Notes under the pieces: generated by a model
Database searches by the model: none
Told to the model about the DNA's origin: nothing
The model's input: only the letters and a program-made list of their open reading frames with translations
In this document: in pieces, positions 29,383 to 32,000 of the stretch
How positions within the stretch are numbered: position 1 is the stretch's first letter
Layout of the letters: each line of letters begins with the position of its first letter
DNA from: Candidatus Harpocratesius repetitus
GTDB taxonomy: Archaea > Asgardarchaeota > Lokiarchaeia > Sigyniarchaeales > Promethearchaeaceae
DNA: 32,000 nucleotides
Assembly (NCBI GenBank): GCA_021498095.1
Contig: JAIZWK010000001.1
Location: 2,910,001 to 2,942,000 of the forward strand
Reading direction: 5' to 3'
Program-made: the position numbers and the translations under genes

Positions 29383-29401
29383 TGATCCGAATATTGGATC
29401 A
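29383..29401. promoter_or_regulatory. Palindrome TGATCC-N7-GGATCA, candidate operator in the Lrp/glnA divergent promoter
   Basis: Perfect 6-bp arms that are GC-rich relative to the surrounding AT-rich intergenic DNA. Confidence 0.4.
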
Positions 29402-29596
29402 TTAATGTGTATTTTTACGACAATAATATTAAATATATTAATAGTTTGACAGCAAATATTTAAATCTATTGCATAAAAATAGATAATTATTATAATTTAA
29501 TTGCACGGATCAAATTATTATTTGTGTTCAACTTTATGCATTTAAATTATTACTTTAAATTAATTTCAATAAAAAAGTCGTTGCGTAGGGAAAAAA

Positions 29597-30952
29597 ATGT
29601 ACAATCAAGAAAATCGAGAATTAATTTCCAAAATTCTTAATGAAATTCAAGAAAAAAAGATAAAATATTGTCTCTTTCAATTTCTGTCCATTGATGGACG
29701 GCCAAAATCGATAGGAATAAATACTGAACATTTGGAAGATCTTTTTTATAGTGGTGAAGGTTTCGATGGATCTTCAATTACTGGATATGGCAGATTGGAA
29801 GAAAGTGATATGGTTGCAGTTCCTGATCCTCAAACATTTGCTGTGATTCCATGGCGCGAAGAAGGAGAAATAGATGCACGATTTATCTGTGATATCTATA
29901 AACCTAATGGTGATAGGTTTACAGGAGATCCTCGGTATATCCTTCAAAAAACACTAAAAAAAGCAGCAAACATGGGATTTAAGTTTTATTTAGCACCTGA
30001 ACTTGAATTTTTCCTTTTAAAACAAGGAAATCACTTTGAGACACCAAAACCTGTTGATTTTCGAGGTTATTTCGGAGCAGATGACTCTGAATTAGATCAT
30101 TTAATTCGTCGGAAGATTGCAGTTTACGCAGAAAAATTTCCTGGAATTACTGTTGAAACTGTCCATCATGAAGTTGCTCGTTCTCAACATGAAATTAGTA
30201 TGAAATATGACAATGCATTAAAAATGGCAGATTCTACAATGACAATGAAGATGGTAGTAAAAGTTGTGGCTGCTCAGCATAATATGTTAGCAACATTTAT
30301 GCCAAAACCTTGGGCAGGACAAAATGGTTCAGGAATGCATGTTCATCAGAGCTTATGGGATGTTAATAGCAACCAAAATGCCTTTTTTGATCCAGATGAT
30401 CCAAATCAAATTTCAGAAACTCTTCGCTATTTCATTGCAGGTCAATTAAAACATGCCCATAGTATGACTGCTTTGCTTAATTCATGGCCAAATTCATACA
30501 AACGCTTAGTTCCTGGATATGAAGCACCTACTTTAATTGCTTGGGGATTTAAAAATCGATCTATGTTAATTAGAGTTCCGAATTTCTTTAATAAAGCCAA
30601 TTCTGCAAGATGTGAAATTAGGAACCCTGATCCTGCTGGAAATCCCTATTTGCAGTATGCAGCATTACTAAACGCAGGATTGGATGGAATTAAATATAAG
30701 ATTGAGCCCCCTAAGCCGATTGATGTTAATTTGTTCCACTTATCTGCAGATGAATTAAAAAATATGGGAATTGATAACATACCAACAAGTTTAGATGAAG
30801 CACTTCGCCATATGGAGCAATCAACATTTACTCGTGAATTGCTTGGTGATGAAGCATATCAAGCATATTGCGATCTCAAATGGAAAGAATATAATTTATA
30901 CCGCACTCAGGTAACTGAATGGGAATTAAAGCGATACTCTCAAGTACTCTAA
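29597..30952 (+). CDS. glnA: Glutamine synthetase type I
   Basis: FDGSSITG, ESDM, PELEFFL, HHEVARSQHEI, TFMPKP, NGSGMHVHQSL, SYKRLVPGYEAP, NRSMLIRVP and EIRNPDP...NPYL. Confidence 0.97.
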   Translation: MYNQENRELISKILNEIQEKKIKYCLFQFLSIDGRPKSIGINTEHLEDLFYSGEGFDGSSITGYGRLEESDMVAVPDPQTFAVIPWREEGEIDARFICDIYKPNGDRFTGDPRYILQKTLKKAANMGFKFYLAPELEFFLLKQGNHFETPKPVDFRGYFGADDSELDHLIRRKIAVYAEKFPGITVETVHHEVARSQHEISMKYDNALKMADSTMTMKMVVKVVAAQHNMLATFMPKPWAGQNGSGMHVHQSLWDVNSNQNAFFDPDDPNQISETLRYFIAGQLKHAHSMTALLNSWPNSYKRLVPGYEAPTLIAWGFKNRSMLIRVPNFFNKANSARCEIRNPDPAGNPYLQYAALLNAGLDGIKYKIEPPKPIDVNLFHLSADELKNMGIDNIPTSLDEALRHMEQSTFTRELLGDEAYQAYCDLKWKEYNLYRTQVTEWELKRYSQVL

Positions 30953-30972
30953 TTTTTTTCTTTTGCATTTTA

Positions 30973-31027
30973 CTAGCTTTTTGCTAGCTTTTTGCTTGCT
31001 ATTTGCTTGCTATTTGCTTGCTATTTG
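30973..31027. repeat. Tandem 11-bp array: (CTAGCTTTTTG)x2 followed by (CTTGCTATTTG)x3
   Basis: Five contiguous units starting 20 nt after the glnA stop, preceded by a degenerate unit TTTGCATTTTA at 30962-30972. Confidence 0.9.
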
Positions 31028-31194
31028 CCATTCTCTTATTTTTATTTTAATATAATTAACTCTTTAAAAAAGCATACCACATCTAATAGTTTTACATTTC
31101 ACCGACAAATTTCAGCTCAAAATCATTAAAATATTCTATTAAATTATCAATCTCTTTGTTTTTTATATATATACTTTCCAGAATACCCTTAAAC

Positions 31195-32000
31195 ATGGCA
31201 GTTACTCAAAAAAAAACAATAACACATCTTAATACTGGCTACCATATTGATCTAGCTCATTTTCCAGGTATTGGTCAAAAAACTATGGAAAAATTACTCA
31301 TATACTATGGTTCAGATGAAAAAGCTTTAGATGCAATTAAAAAGGGCTTTATTGGATGTGCACCTGGATTTACTTTTAAACAGGCACTTCGTTTTTCTCA
31401 AACATATTTTGAACTAACTGAAAAACTGTCTGTTTCTGATGTTATTAGGACACCAGATATGTTAGAGATATTCCATCAGATTCAGGCACTTATTAGCAAA
31501 TATATGAAAACAGAATATTCCAAGCAAAAATTACATTTTTATTTTCCTCTTCCTTCTTCAAAAATCCAATTGATTAAAAAACGCCAAAAATATTTTAGAA
31601 ATGCAATAGAATTTTTCTCAAAATACCATGAAATGCTTGAAAAGCAAAATTTTTCTTTATTATTAAAAAAATTAAACAATTTACAACAATTGGAGTCATA
31701 TTCAAAAATCTCAAGCAGAATTTATCTTAGCGATTCAAAAAAAGTAATACAAAATTTAAAGCAGCGTAGATTTGGAGATGCCATAATCACAGAATTTATC
31801 GATTTAGAAAAGAACTCTGATATTGATGGATTATTATCGCAATACTCAAGGAATTTTAATGTAGTCATATATTTAGGAAATAATCTCAGTAAAATTCCTG
31901 ATTTACCTAATTTAATTACTTTTGTTCCACAAGAAATCTCTGAAGAACAGATAATTCCAGAACATATCATAAATTTTTTCAGTTATAATAAAGATCTCAT
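31195..32000 (+). CDS. 5' part of an archaeal MutS2/MutS5-like protein with N-terminal helix-hairpin-helix (absent from the ORF track)
   Basis: ATG 31195 opens a frame with no stop to the window end: MAVTQ...LAHFPGIGQKTMEKL (HhH)...KYMKTEYSKQKLHFYFP...IIPEHIINFFSYN. This matches the N-terminus of archaeal MutS2-like proteins as recalled. The ATPase domain would lie outside the window. Confidence 0.72.
   Translation, partial: MAVTQKKTITHLNTGYHIDLAHFPGIGQKTMEKLLIYYGSDEKALDAIKKGFIGCAPGFTFKQALRFSQTYFELTEKLSVSDVIRTPDMLEIFHQIQALISKYMKTEYSKQKLHFYFPLPSSKIQLIKKRQKYFRNAIEFFSKYHEMLEKQNFSLLLKKLNNLQQLESYSKISSRIYLSDSKKVIQNLKQRRFGDAIITEFIDLEKNSDIDGLLSQYSRNFNVVIYLGNNLSKIPDLPNLITFVPQEISEEQIIPEHIINFFSYNKDL

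Noticed and set aside
3282-31970. Short ORFs in the track overlapping larger genes (e.g. 3282, 3636, 3866, 4168, 4797, 5030, 6986, 7926, 8095, 9455, 10450, 12139, 13586, 13989, 14464, 20176, 21748, 25314, 25746, 26429, 31722)
   Set aside because: They are antisense or off-frame shadows of well-supported genes or IS remnants, with no motifs or SD support.

Overview
A low-GC (about 30% in sampled lines) archaeal chromosome segment that looks Asgard (Lokiarchaeia-like). The lineage call is an inference from the gene content: an EF-2 paralog without the diphthamide His, three small GTPases (two with C-terminal roadblock-like domains), an LRR protein, TBP, FAU-1, an archaeosortase-like protein and an archaeal MutS2/MutS5-like gene. 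Other housekeeping genes are tldD-pmbA, a DUF711 protein, a LolD-type ABC ATPase, a LOG-family protein, a PurM/ThiL-like protein and a divergent Lrp/glnA pair. An accessory segment at about 2.8-8.9 kb has higher, patchy GC. It holds a decayed ISL3 transposase, an intact degenerate-LRR protein, and two large ORFs that are really one frame of at least 1,424 codons broken by a single TAA and truncated at the 5' end. Its layout resembles a polymorphic toxin followed by an immunity gene. A second, apparently intact IS with imperfect TIRs lies at 23.8-25.2 kb. Two short tandem arrays (10-bp and 11-bp units) sit just after stop codons. No rRNA, tRNA or CRISPR array was seen. All family calls come from motif recognition by eye; no database search was run.
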